This document shows, piece by piece, positions 38,503 to 47,357 of a DNA stretch of 64,000 nucleotides. Below the pieces are notes generated by a model. That model did not search any database. It saw only the letters and a program-made list of their open reading frames with translations, and was not told the DNA's origin. The stretch lies in assembly GCA_959019775.1 (NCBI GenBank), contig CAUEPS010000004.1, forward strand, positions 43,457 through 107,456, given 5' to 3'. The stretch is from an uncultured Collinsella sp. Lineage in GTDB: Bacteria > Actinomycetota > Coriobacteriia > Coriobacteriales > Coriobacteriaceae. The position numbers and the translations under genes are program-made. How positions within the stretch are numbered: position 1 is the stretch's first letter; every line of letters begins with the position of its first letter.

Positions 38503-38727
38503 GGGCAAAAAGGGCAAATATGAGTACTGTTACCATTTTAGTAGCAGGCAAAACCACCTAAAATGACGACCGAGCGACCCCTACAACCCCCGAAAGCAGC
38601 CAATCTGACTGGTTTATGGCGTATTGAAGCCAATTTTAATGAACATATTATATGTTATGTTCATTATCTTTTTGAATGTAAATGCTATTCGCTTAGCAGC
38701 AGTACTCATATTTGGCATTTTTTGCCC
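38503..38727. repeat. AT-rich 170-bp module bounded by ~27-bp imperfect inverted repeats (MITE-like / invertible-segment-like)
   Basis: The left arm is GGGCAAAAAGGGCAAATATGAGTACTG (38503-38529). The right arm is CAGTACTCATATTTGGCATTTTTTGCCC (38700-38727), whose reverse complement is GGGCAAAAAATGCCAAATATGAGTACTG. Confidence 0.8.
38638..38665. other. dif-like Xer recombination site candidate (11-6-11)
   Basis: AATGAACATAT-TATATG-TTATGTTCATT. The arms are 10/11 inverted repeats. The right arm matches the E. coli dif XerD arm TTATGTTAAAT at 9/11, and the inner CATAx..TTATG positions are conserved. Confidence 0.45.
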
Positions 38728-38757
38728 ACTGCCATATAACTAACCCCCTATAGCAAG

Positions 38758-38791
38758 CAAAAAACAGGCCGCCGCCCATCGCTGCGGCCTG
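38758..38791 (-). terminator. Rho-independent terminator after the NRAMP-related gene
   Basis: The minus strand CAGGCCGC-agcgatgggcg-GCGGCCTG is followed by TTTTTTG. Confidence 0.65.
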
Positions 38792-38811
38792 CTCGGAAAC
38801 CAAAAGGGATG

Positions 38812-40074
38812 TCAAGCGCTGTAGCCCATCGCCTGCAGGACAAACATGACGACCGTCAGCACCGTAATCACGGCGATAGTCGCCCACGTGAGCACGTTCC
38901 ACACGCGGCCGTTGCGGTTGGCACCCATAATGTGACGGTCGGCGGCGATAACCACCTGGAACACCAGAACCACGGGCAGTAGCACGCCATTGATGACCTG
39001 CGAGGTCATCATAATCTGGAACAGATCGACACCGGGCATAAGCACCAGCACGGCAGAAATACCGATGATGGCAGTAATGGTGCCGCGATAGACCGGGGCC
39101 TCGTCCCAGCTGCGGTCGGCACCGCGCTCCCAGCCAAATGCCTCGCAGATAGCGCTCGACGTAACGCCCGGCAGCACGCAGGCAGCCAAGAAGCTCGCTG
39201 CGACCAGGCCCGAGGCAAACAACACCGTGGACCACTGGCCCGCAATGGGCTCCAGCGCGCGGGCGGCATCGGCGGCATCGCTAATCTGAATACCCGCCGG
39301 GAACAGCACCGTACCGGTCGTGATGATAATAAAGCCCGCAATGATATCAGCAGCGATCGAGCCGCTCACGGTATCAATACGCTGCAGCACGATGTCGTCC
39401 TCGCCCGCGTTCTTATCGACCACGTTGTTCTGCGCCAAGAAAATCATCCACGGCGCGATGGTGGTACCGATCGTTGCGACCACGAGCGACACGTAGCTGG
39501 GGTCATTTTGAATGTTAGGCACGACCAGGTCGACCGCGACCTCACCCCAGTTGGGGCCAGCCATAAACGCGGCGACGATATAGGTCACGAACACGCAGCT
39601 CACCAGCAGCAGAATCTTCTCGATGCGCTGGAAACTACCCGACATGGTAAGCATCCATACCAGCAGCGCCACCAACGGCACCGAGATGCTCGCCGGCACG
39701 CCAAAGAGAGCAAGACCGCTGGCGATGCCCGCAAACTCCGAAATGGTCACAGCCGTGTTGGCGATCAACAGCGCCGCCATAGCAAGTACACTCTTGCGCA
39801 CGCCAAAGCGCTCGCGAATGAGCGATGCCAGGCCCTTACCCGTGACGCAGCCGCAGCGCGCCGCGGTCTCCTGCGTCACGATGAGCAGCACAGTCATGAC
39901 GGGAAGCATCCAGAGCATCTTGTAGCCATAGCTGGCACCCGCACTGGAATACGTTGCAATGCCGCCGGCGTCATTGCCCGAAAGCGCCGCCAGCAGACCG
40001 GGGCCCATAGCGCCAAAGATGGCCGCGATGGTCAGCTTTTGCTTGGTGCCCGACTTTTGCTTGGTATTTTGCAC
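38812..40074 (-). CDS. NRAMP (SLC11)-related divalent-cation transporter with NRMT-like (Mg2+-type) site substitutions
   Basis: About 420 aa. TM1 reads GNDAGGIATY where the canonical motif is DPGN. TM6 reads IGTTIAPWMIF where the canonical motif is A-x-x-MPH. I prefer an in-frame GTG start at 40074 (AGGTGG upstream) over the track start at 40137, which overlaps the upstream gene. Confidence 0.8.
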   Translation of the reverse strand: MQNTKQKSGTKQKLTIAAIFGAMGPGLLAALSGNDAGGIATYSSAGASYGYKMLWMLPVMTVLLIVTQETAARCGCVTGKGLASLIRERFGVRKSVLAMAALLIANTAVTISEFAGIASGLALFGVPASISVPLVALLVWMLTMSGSFQRIEKILLLVSCVFVTYIVAAFMAGPNWGEVAVDLVVPNIQNDPSYVSLVVATIGTTIAPWMIFLAQNNVVDKNAGEDDIVLQRIDTVSGSIAADIIAGFIIITTGTVLFPAGIQISDAADAARALEPIAGQWSTVLFASGLVAASFLAACVLPGVTSSAICEAFGWERGADRSWDEAPVYRGTITAIIGISAVLVLMPGVDLFQIMMTSQVINGVLLPVVLVFQVVIAADRHIMGANRNGRVWNVLTWATIAVITVLTVVMFVLQAMGYSA

Positions 40075-40082
40075 GCGACCAC

Positions 40083-41927
40083 CTAACCCATGACTGACAT
40101 GGCGAGCAGCACCGCGGCGATGCAATACGCCACACACGAGATCATGACGGCAATGACGTTCATGGCGGTGCCCGACGTGTTGAGGTCATGCTCGTCACGC
40201 CAGAACAGCACCATCAGGTAAATCACGGCACTCATGTTGCCAACCAGGCAAATGATGGCAGCGATATTAAAACACCCGGTAAAGAGTTGCTCCTCAAACA
40301 TGGGCGCATCGGGGAACGCGGCGGTGCGCACCAGCTGGGCGCACAGGTAGGTCACGAGTGACAGAATCAGGCCCATGCCCGTGCTCTGGAAGAAGAACCC
40401 CAGATACGGCTTGGGCTCGTCGTCGTGACCGTCATACTCCAGGAAGTAGTTCTTGACGAACGACACCATGCGCGAGGCCGCCAGCAGCACGAGCGGCATG
40501 GCGCACATGGGGAACACCACCAGATGCGCGGAGCCGAGCGCCGTTCCCAGCACGGTCGCCATGATGCACGATGCGATGCCCCATACAACAACCCAGTACT
40601 GGCGATGCACGAACCAGCTGAGCACGTTCGTCGAGTCGTCCGACGCGCTGTCGCCCGAGCCGACACCGGCGATCTGCAGGTCCTCCTGATGCTCCTCGGC
40701 AATAACGTCCATGGCGTCGTCGAAGGTTACGATACCCAGGATATGACGGTTCTCGTCGCAGACAGGGATGGCAACCAGGTCGTACTTGGTCATCTCGTCC
40801 GTTACGTCTTCCTGGTCCTCGTCGGGCGACACATAGACCAGGTCGCGATAGGCCAGCTGACCCAGCGTGGCGTCGCGGTCGGCTACGATCAGCGTGCGCA
40901 GCGAAAGCACGCCGGTCAGCATGCCGCTCGGATCCTCGGTATAGACGTAGTAGACGCTCTCGAAGTCCTCGTCGAGCTCGCGAATCGCCTCGATGGCGTC
41001 ACCGACCGTTGCCGTGGCGGGCAGGGAGACAAACTCCGAGGTCATGATGCGGCCGGCGGTGTTGTCCTCATACCCCAGCAGGTTACGAATCGCCTTCTCC
41101 TCCTTGACGCCCATCAGGCGCAGGAGCTTCTCGGCCTTCTCGTAATCGAGCTCGTCGATCAGGTCGGCTGCATCGTCCGGGTCCATCATGGCCAGCATCG
41201 ACGATGCGTCCGTATCGGACAGACCCTCGAGCATCTCGGTCATAAGCTCGTCGTCATCGAACTCCGAGATGGCCTCGGCGGCCTGGGCAGTATCGAGCTG
41301 CGCAAACACCTGCGCACGCAGGCGCGGGTCGAGCTGCTCGATAATGTCGGCGATGTCGGCAGGGTGCAGCTCGCCGAGCGTCTTGTGCGACACCGAGAGT
41401 TGAATGTTCTTGGTCGAGCGGTCGAGCAGGTCCATGTAGGACCAAGCGATGATGTCCTCACTGAGCGGCTTGCCTAGGTGCTTCATAAAGCCTTCGACGA
41501 TATGCTCGAGCGCGGGGCTGATGGCGCGTAGCAGACCGCGAGCACCGACCTCGGCGCCCAGCAGGCGCAGCTGGTTTTCGCCCGACATGGAAAACTTGAT
41601 GTCGTTGACGCGCACGACCTTCATGCCCTGCGTGTCGACAATCTGCTTGTTGAGCACGTCGCGGGCAAGCAAGAGTTCGGTCGGCTGCAGGTACGAAAAA
41701 CGGATTTCGGTGGCCGACGTCTTAAGGTGTACACCCGTCTCGTCGATACGGTCGACCCATTTGCGCCAGCTGATCATAAATGGCGTCTTGCCGGGTCCGC
41801 GGAACGCGAGCGACGTCACGTGCGGAAAAACTTCGCCGGTAGCAATACCAAAATCGTTGACCACGCCGAGCTTTTCGCCATCGACGTCCAAGACCGGCAA
41901 TTTGAGCATCTCACTCAGATAATTCAA
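40083..41927 (-). CDS. PRC-barrel + MgtE_N + CBS-pair protein with a non-canonical C-terminal membrane domain
   Basis: 614 aa with two PRC-like repeats (LPVLDVDGEKLGVVNDF; VLNKQIVDTQGMKVVRVNDI), an acidic MgtE_N-like helical region, and a CBS pair (IMTSEFVSL.., VAIPVCDENRHILGIVT). About 5 TM helices follow, without an obvious MgtE pore signature. The start is TTG 41927 (GGGGAG upstream) or ATG 41909. Confidence 0.75.
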   Translation of the reverse strand: MNYLSEMLKLPVLDVDGEKLGVVNDFGIATGEVFPHVTSLAFRGPGKTPFMISWRKWVDRIDETGVHLKTSATEIRFSYLQPTELLLARDVLNKQIVDTQGMKVVRVNDIKFSMSGENQLRLLGAEVGARGLLRAISPALEHIVEGFMKHLGKPLSEDIIAWSYMDLLDRSTKNIQLSVSHKTLGELHPADIADIIEQLDPRLRAQVFAQLDTAQAAEAISEFDDDELMTEMLEGLSDTDASSMLAMMDPDDAADLIDELDYEKAEKLLRLMGVKEEKAIRNLLGYEDNTAGRIMTSEFVSLPATATVGDAIEAIRELDEDFESVYYVYTEDPSGMLTGVLSLRTLIVADRDATLGQLAYRDLVYVSPDEDQEDVTDEMTKYDLVAIPVCDENRHILGIVTFDDAMDVIAEEHQEDLQIAGVGSGDSASDDSTNVLSWFVHRQYWVVVWGIASCIMATVLGTALGSAHLVVFPMCAMPLVLLAASRMVSFVKNYFLEYDGHDDEPKPYLGFFFQSTGMGLILSLVTYLCAQLVRTAAFPDAPMFEEQLFTGCFNIAAIICLVGNMSAVIYLMVLFWRDEHDLNTSGTAMNVIAVMISCVAYCIAAVLLAMSVMG

Positions 41928-42221
41928 TGGTGCTCCCCATCATAATTCCTCCGGATGCGGCCGCGCGTGCGGCGTCCGGGGGCTTCTGGATATGTATACG
42001 CATGCGCGGGCGGCACGCCACTCGACGCTCACACCCCGTGCATGCGCAAAAAGCACCTGCATGGGGTCATCGACTGTATGGTCGAGGTTTGGATTTCACC
42101 TGTAACCTTTCTCTTGACCCTCATTAACCGCAGTAACTATAGCATCAGCATCGCCCTGCGGCATCGAATTTATGCGCTGCACATTGCAGGCATACCAAAC
42201 GCTGACGCATCCGTGACATAG

Positions 42222-42261
42222 CCATTGGGGACGTTCTTAAACGACTACCCAATGACTACTC
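42222..42261. repeat. Dispersed hairpin-repeat family, locus C; overlaps the stop codon of the deacetylase gene
   Basis: CCATTGGGGACGTTCTTAAACGACTACCCAATGACTACTC. The TAG stop (42258-42256) lies in the GATGACTACTC-type unit end. Confidence 0.8.
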
Positions 42262-43662
42262 TGTGGTGTCGTCGTCCTCGGCAAGTTGGGGGAACACGGC
42301 GTCCTTGGGCATGGCGACCTTCGTCAGCGAGGTGAGCTTTTTGCTCAGCGACGTGTCCGTCTTGACCAGGTCGCTGAGCGTCACGATCTTGTAGCCGTCG
42401 GCAATGAGGCCGTCGATAATCTGCGGCAGCGCCTCGAGCGTCTGCTCGGCGCATTCGTCTCTGTCGGTGAGCAGCACGATATTGCCCGGCGTCACCGAAT
42501 CGAGCACCGTCGAGACCTGCTCGTCGGCACCGTTGAGCAGCCAGTCGCCCGAGTCAATATTCCACGAGACCACGGCGGAGACCAGATCCATCGCATCAAT
42601 CCAGTTTTGCTCGTCAAAGGCAGCGTAGGGAGCACGCAGCAGCATCGTCTTCACGCCAGTCGCCGACTTAATCGCATCGGTGCCTTTCGTGATCTGTTCG
42701 CGTACCGCCTCACGGTCCTGACCCTTGAGAGAATCGTCGCTGTAGCTGTTGGATCCGATCTCGCACCCGGCATCGACAATCGCCTTGGCCGTGGCAGGCG
42801 AGGCCTCGGCCGCATCGCCCGAAAGGAAGAACGTCGCGGTGACGCCCTTTTCCTTGAGCACCTGCAAGATCTGTTTGGTGGCGCCGCTCGGACCCTCGTC
42901 AAACGTCAGCGCCACGTACTTTTTGTTGCCCTTGGGCGCCACGCTGGCGCACGCAACGACGCAATCGGTGGCGGGCACAACCTCGCCGCGGTCTTGCGTC
43001 TTGCCCGACTGCTCACCAACCCACACCTCGGATCGGCCCTGGACACCCCATGTCTGCACATACTCGATAGCGCCCGTGCCCTCGACCTTGAGCTTGGGCT
43101 CGATAACCGTAGCCTGAATCTCGTGCTTCTCGTAAGTGTTACGGCCATCCTTGACCGTCACCTTCTCGCCGCCCTCGAGTTCGCGGCTATCCCATTTGCC
43201 CTGCTTCACGCGCTTGCCGTCGACCTTCACCGACAGCTTTTCGCCTCCATGGCGCTTGAGCACGCTGTCATCGACGGCCAGCAGGTCGCCTGCGTCGTAG
43301 GTGTCAGTCAACTCCTGGTCGTCAATGAGATTCTGCAGCGTAGAGCCCACGCGCACCGCGGTCTTCTGGCCGTTGAGCTCCACGTCCACACTGCGGTTGA
43401 CGTAGCCCACGACGGCAGCGATAAACAGCACGAGCGCGCAACCCACGGCGATGAGCGCGTAGGGCAGGCGAGACGAACGACGGGGCGTACGGCTGTTGCC
43501 GATGCGCGCACTGCGATCGCTAAACCCACGGCTATGGTTGAGGTACATCGCGCCGGGCTTACGGTGACGCTTGCGCTGACCGCTGGGCAGCTGCCCCAGA
43601 TCGCGGCGCGCCGTCGGACGCGCACCCGAACGCCCGTTTAAGTTGGATCCGTTTTGGCGCAT
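42256..43662 (-). CDS. Membrane-anchored polysaccharide deacetylase (NodB-homology) with an N-terminal DUF348/G5-like region
   Basis: 468 aa with a basic N-terminus and one TM helix, VALTFDEGP (TFDDG-type motif 1) and LLRAPYAAF. Confidence 0.85.
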   Translation of the reverse strand: MRQNGSNLNGRSGARPTARRDLGQLPSGQRKRHRKPGAMYLNHSRGFSDRSARIGNSRTPRRSSRLPYALIAVGCALVLFIAAVVGYVNRSVDVELNGQKTAVRVGSTLQNLIDDQELTDTYDAGDLLAVDDSVLKRHGGEKLSVKVDGKRVKQGKWDSRELEGGEKVTVKDGRNTYEKHEIQATVIEPKLKVEGTGAIEYVQTWGVQGRSEVWVGEQSGKTQDRGEVVPATDCVVACASVAPKGNKKYVALTFDEGPSGATKQILQVLKEKGVTATFFLSGDAAEASPATAKAIVDAGCEIGSNSYSDDSLKGQDREAVREQITKGTDAIKSATGVKTMLLRAPYAAFDEQNWIDAMDLVSAVVSWNIDSGDWLLNGADEQVSTVLDSVTPGNIVLLTDRDECAEQTLEALPQIIDGLIADGYKIVTLSDLVKTDTSLSKKLTSLTKVAMPKDAVFPQLAEDDDTTE

Positions 43663-43734
43663 GTGCCCTCCCCCATAAACACAGCAAGCCGGAGCAACAG
43701 GTCTCCGGCTTGCCTCCCATCATTTGGTACGTCG

Positions 43735-44490
43735 CTATTTTGTAGCTTTTGACGAGCCTCCGCTCGCCTTTTGGTATTCGTCCTTAAAGGCCTTGAACAT
43801 GCCGCGCGTCTTGCCGAGCTGCTTGCCCAGTGCGCGACTGCCCTTGTCCACGGCAACCGATCCCTTGTCGTCGAGTACCTTGGCACCCTTTTTGACCTTG
43901 TCACCCACCACGACGCTGGCCTCGGCGGCCTTGGCGGCCGCACCGCCCGAATACCCGAGCGACTTGACCTCGTCCGAGACGACCATCGCACCGTTCTCGT
44001 AGCCGCGCAGCATCGTCGGCGGCACCTGCGTGTCACCGACCAAAACACTCGAAGCAGCACCGGCGGTCACATAGAATGCCTGCACGATGCCCGAACGCGG
44101 CTTGAACTCCACATCCGAGCAATAGCCCACGACGTCGCCCGATTCCGTGCGCACGTCCATACCGACCCAGATGATGCAATCGTCCAGGTTGATGTCGAGG
44201 CGCTTAGCGGCGGCGGCATCGTACGTGTCCTTGACGTCATCGACCGCAATGGCGCCCTCGTAGACACCAATGGCGTCGAGCGCTACGAATCGATCGGGGC
44301 GCTCGATCATGCCCGCGATATCGGACTGGCGGACCATAAAGCCGACCACGCGCGTACCGCCCGGGGTAAAGACCGGAAAGTGAATCTTTCCGAGCTTTTT
44401 AGGGCTGCGCGGTGTGCCGTCCTTTTTGGTACGCTTGTCCTCAGTAGGCTTGCGATAGATCTTGGCGCCGACAAAATCCCCGGCGCGCAT
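43735..44490 (-). CDS. PRC-barrel domain protein with a Lys/Gly-rich C-terminal tail
   Basis: 251 aa. Its start overlaps the YtxH stop (TAATG). It has two PRC-like beta-barrel segments. Confidence 0.6.
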   Translation of the reverse strand: MRAGDFVGAKIYRKPTEDKRTKKDGTPRSPKKLGKIHFPVFTPGGTRVVGFMVRQSDIAGMIERPDRFVALDAIGVYEGAIAVDDVKDTYDAAAAKRLDINLDDCIIWVGMDVRTESGDVVGYCSDVEFKPRSGIVQAFYVTAGAASSVLVGDTQVPPTMLRGYENGAMVVSDEVKSLGYSGGAAAKAAEASVVVGDKVKKGAKVLDDKGSVAVDKGSRALGKQLGKTRGMFKAFKDEYQKASGGSSKATK

Positions 44491-44879
44491 TATGCCTCGG
44501 TCGAGGGCTCCGCAGCCTCGGTATCAGCCTCGACGGCGTTCTCGACCACGACGTCGGCGGCAGGCGTCACGTTGCCGCCCGAAATGGCGTCGTTGAGCTG
44601 CTCGCGCAGCTGGTCCATGCGCTCGCGGGCCAGGTCGACCTTGGCGCGCAGGTCGTCGGTCTTGGCGTCGACCATCGGGCCAAAGTCATTCACCGCAGCA
44701 CGAGCCTCCTCGGCGCTGTGCTCGTAGGTGTCGCGCATATTGTCCCAGGCGTCGTTGGCGATATCGGCAGCCATGGCGCGGGTCTCGGCGCCCGAGCGCG
44801 GGGCCAGAGCAACGCCGACAATAGCGCCGGCAGCGGCACCAAAAAGTGCGCCGGAGACAAAGCTGAAAGTCTTACCCAT
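44490..44879 (-). CDS. YtxH-domain general-stress-type protein
   Basis: Starts MGKTFSFVSGALFGAAAGAIVGVALAPRSGAETR at ATG 44879, with GGAGAGG 7 nt upstream. Confidence 0.75.
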   Translation of the reverse strand: MGKTFSFVSGALFGAAAGAIVGVALAPRSGAETRAMAADIANDAWDNMRDTYEHSAEEARAAVNDFGPMVDAKTDDLRAKVDLARERMDQLREQLNDAISGGNVTPAADVVVENAVEADTEAAEPSTEA

Positions 44880-45015
44880 GATCATTCCTCTCCTGCGGGC
44901 ACGTCGGTGCCCACCGTTTGAATGCTGTCCATTATACCCGCAGCGCATCACTTGCCGCTCCGCTCATCTGCGTACGGCAAAGGCGCAGGTACGTGATGGT
45001 GATAAACGCGTAGGC

Positions 45016-45849
45016 CTACTCCTGGGGCATAGCCGGCATGGCCACCGTGGCACCCGGGTCCTCGCCGGCGCCGTCCACGAGCGGCAGGCCGCTCTCATGC
45101 GCAGGTCCTGCCGGAACCGTCGCAGCACCGCCAAAGACGGCAGCGGAGGCCTCGTGGTTCTCGGCAACCGCACCCTCGGTATCAATCGCCACCTGGGGCT
45201 CGTCGTCAAAGTTGGGGACGCCCTGGGGCTCGGTGGGAACGGGCTCGGCTGTCGCATCGGCAACGGGCTCGGCGTCGACCGGCACATCGCCCTCGTCAGC
45301 GCCCTCGTCCTCGGCAGCATCTTCGCCGTTCGCAGCGGCGACGGCCTCGTGAGGATCCTTGCCCTCGGCCTCGGCGCGCATGCCCAGCACCAGGTTGCGC
45401 AGGCCCGCGACCGTGCCCTCCACGTCGGGGGCAGGCTGGTCGGCGTGCAGGTACGCCCAGTCCATCATAAAGGTGGCCGAAGACAGCGCACCGATGGCCA
45501 GCGCGTCGTCGGGACACGAAAGCTCAACCTCAAAAACGCGCTCGTCGTGCTCGCTTACGCGCGTGCGGCCGCACGAGATGCTACCGGCAAGACCGGTCTC
45601 GTTCATGAGCTCGACCGTCACGTGCTCCAGCAGGTGGCAGAGCTCGGTCTGACCCATGCAGTCCTGGAACTCGCGGCCAGAATCGCCCAGGCACAGGTGC
45701 TTGGCAATCGCCGGCACCAGGTAATACACGCGCGCCGTAGCCTCGATATCCTCCGAGGTCATGAGCGGCATGCCGGGGTTCACCAGCACGTGCGCGCAGA
45801 TCTTGTCCTCGCTGACGGTGACCTTAAGGATGTTAAACAGGCCTGCCAT
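45016..45849 (-). CDS. Hypothetical protein with a possible cyanophycin-synthetase-N-like domain and an acidic disordered C-terminal half
   Basis: 277 aa. The HLLEHVTVELMNETG segment resembles the HxxEHxxLELQ motif of CphA_N. The assignment is weak. Confidence 0.5.
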   Translation of the reverse strand: MAGLFNILKVTVSEDKICAHVLVNPGMPLMTSEDIEATARVYYLVPAIAKHLCLGDSGREFQDCMGQTELCHLLEHVTVELMNETGLAGSISCGRTRVSEHDERVFEVELSCPDDALAIGALSSATFMMDWAYLHADQPAPDVEGTVAGLRNLVLGMRAEAEGKDPHEAVAAANGEDAAEDEGADEGDVPVDAEPVADATAEPVPTEPQGVPNFDDEPQVAIDTEGAVAENHEASAAVFGGAATVPAGPAHESGLPLVDGAGEDPGATVAMPAMPQE

Positions 45850-45873
45850 AACTCTCCCCTACTCTTCCTTGTC

Positions 45874-47247
45874 CTACTCGTCGCCGTCGTGCGGATTCGC
45901 GGAACCCGCACCCGACGTCGTCGGCTCGTCTACCGAAGACTCGGAATCCTTCTTATCGGTTTCGGCCGGAGCGATCACGCGAATGAGCGAGATGCGCTGG
46001 CCACGCATCGACTGCACTTTAAACTTGTACCCCGCAACCTCAAACACCTCTCCGATGTCGGGCACCGAGTCGCAAAGCTCCAAAATCCAGCCGGCGATGG
46101 TCTCATAATCATCGCTTTCCTCGAGCGGCCAACCAAGCTCAATCGCGTCATCGCACGAAAAACGCCCATCAACGAGCCACTCGCGGCGCGAAAGGCGCGT
46201 GAGATACTTGTTGTCGGGGTCGAACTCGTCCTCGATCTCGCCGACGATCTCCTCGACGATATCCTCGATGGTGATAATGCCGGCCGTGCCGCCGTACTCG
46301 TCCACGACCACCACGATCTGGTCGTGCGAGGTCTGCATCTCGGACAGTAGCGGCAGGATGTCCTTGGTGTCGGGCACAAAGGTGGCGTCGCGCAAAAAGC
46401 CGGCGATGGGCTGGTCACCCTTGCCGTCGAGCGCGGGTTGGATCAGGTCCTTGATGTGCGCAATGCCGGCGACGTTGTCGGGATCCTCGTGATAGACGGG
46501 GATGCGGCTGAAGCCGGTCTGGCGCATGGTGGACAGCACGTCGGCGACCGTCTCGTCGTCCTCGCACATGGTGGTGTCCACGCGCGGCACCATGACCTCG
46601 CGGGCAACGGTGTCGCCCAGGTCGAAGATCTCGTGGATCATGCGCTTTTCCTCGTCGAGCAGGTCGTCCTGCTCCGAGACCATGTACTTGATCTCTTCTT
46701 CCGAGACGTTCTGACGGTCGTCGGCACTCTTGATGCGCAGGATGCGGGCCAGGCCATCGGAGCAAGCGCCGGTCAGCCACACGAGCGGACGAGCGATCTT
46801 TTGGAAAAACGACAACGGCCCCACGACCTGCTTGGACACGCCTTCGGCGTTGGCCAGGCCGATGCGCTTGGGCACAAGCTCGCCGATCACGATGGACACG
46901 AAGGCGACCGCGACGGTGATGATGACCGGCGCCAGGCCGCGCGCGATGGCGGAGAGCGGCGCGATGCCAAAGCTCATGAGCCACGTGGCGAGCGGGTCGG
47001 ACAGACTCGTCGAGGCGACGGCGGACGAGGCGAAGCCCACGAGCGTGATGGCGACCTGGATGGTGGCGAGCAGCTGGTCGGAGTCGGCAGCCAGCTTAAT
47101 GGCACGCTCGGCGCGCTTGTCGCCTTCCTCGGCCTCGTGCTCCAACACGGCGCGCTTGGCCGTGGTGAGCGCCATCTCGGACATAGAGAAGTAGCCGTTG
47201 ATGAGGGTCAAAACGAGGGTGGTGATAAGGGAGATGGTTATGTCCAT
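45874..47247 (-). CDS. CNNM/CorC-HlyC family protein (DUF21 TM domain + CBS pair + CorC_HlyC)
   Basis: 457 aa with LINGYFSMSEMAL.. (DUF21), CBS repeats and a C-terminal transporter-associated domain. Confidence 0.88.
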   Translation of the reverse strand: MDITISLITTLVLTLINGYFSMSEMALTTAKRAVLEHEAEEGDKRAERAIKLAADSDQLLATIQVAITLVGFASSAVASTSLSDPLATWLMSFGIAPLSAIARGLAPVIITVAVAFVSIVIGELVPKRIGLANAEGVSKQVVGPLSFFQKIARPLVWLTGACSDGLARILRIKSADDRQNVSEEEIKYMVSEQDDLLDEEKRMIHEIFDLGDTVAREVMVPRVDTTMCEDDETVADVLSTMRQTGFSRIPVYHEDPDNVAGIAHIKDLIQPALDGKGDQPIAGFLRDATFVPDTKDILPLLSEMQTSHDQIVVVVDEYGGTAGIITIEDIVEEIVGEIEDEFDPDNKYLTRLSRREWLVDGRFSCDDAIELGWPLEESDDYETIAGWILELCDSVPDIGEVFEVAGYKFKVQSMRGQRISLIRVIAPAETDKKDSESSVDEPTTSGAGSANPHDGDE

Positions 47248-47357
47248 CGGGAGTTTCTCGAACCTCCAAGATTCGGGACGTCAGGTTAAAACGTTGATGG
47301 CGGATACGGCAATTGCACCGGCGCCCAAACGAGAACGCGGGCGCGCAGGCATGGTCG

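Noticed and set aside
38638-38665. Calling the dif-like site the replication terminus of the chromosome.
   Set aside because: Gene-strand bias does not switch here, since minus-strand genes predominate on both sides. GC skew cannot be computed by eye. It is kept only as a candidate Xer-type site.
41928-42221. An M-box (Mg2+) or yybP-ykoY (Mn2+) riboswitch in the ~300-nt region upstream of the MgtE_N/CBS gene.
   Set aside because: I could not recognise the conserved cores of either riboswitch by eye, and only weak hairpins are present. The idea is left as a check under the NRMT finding rather than claimed.
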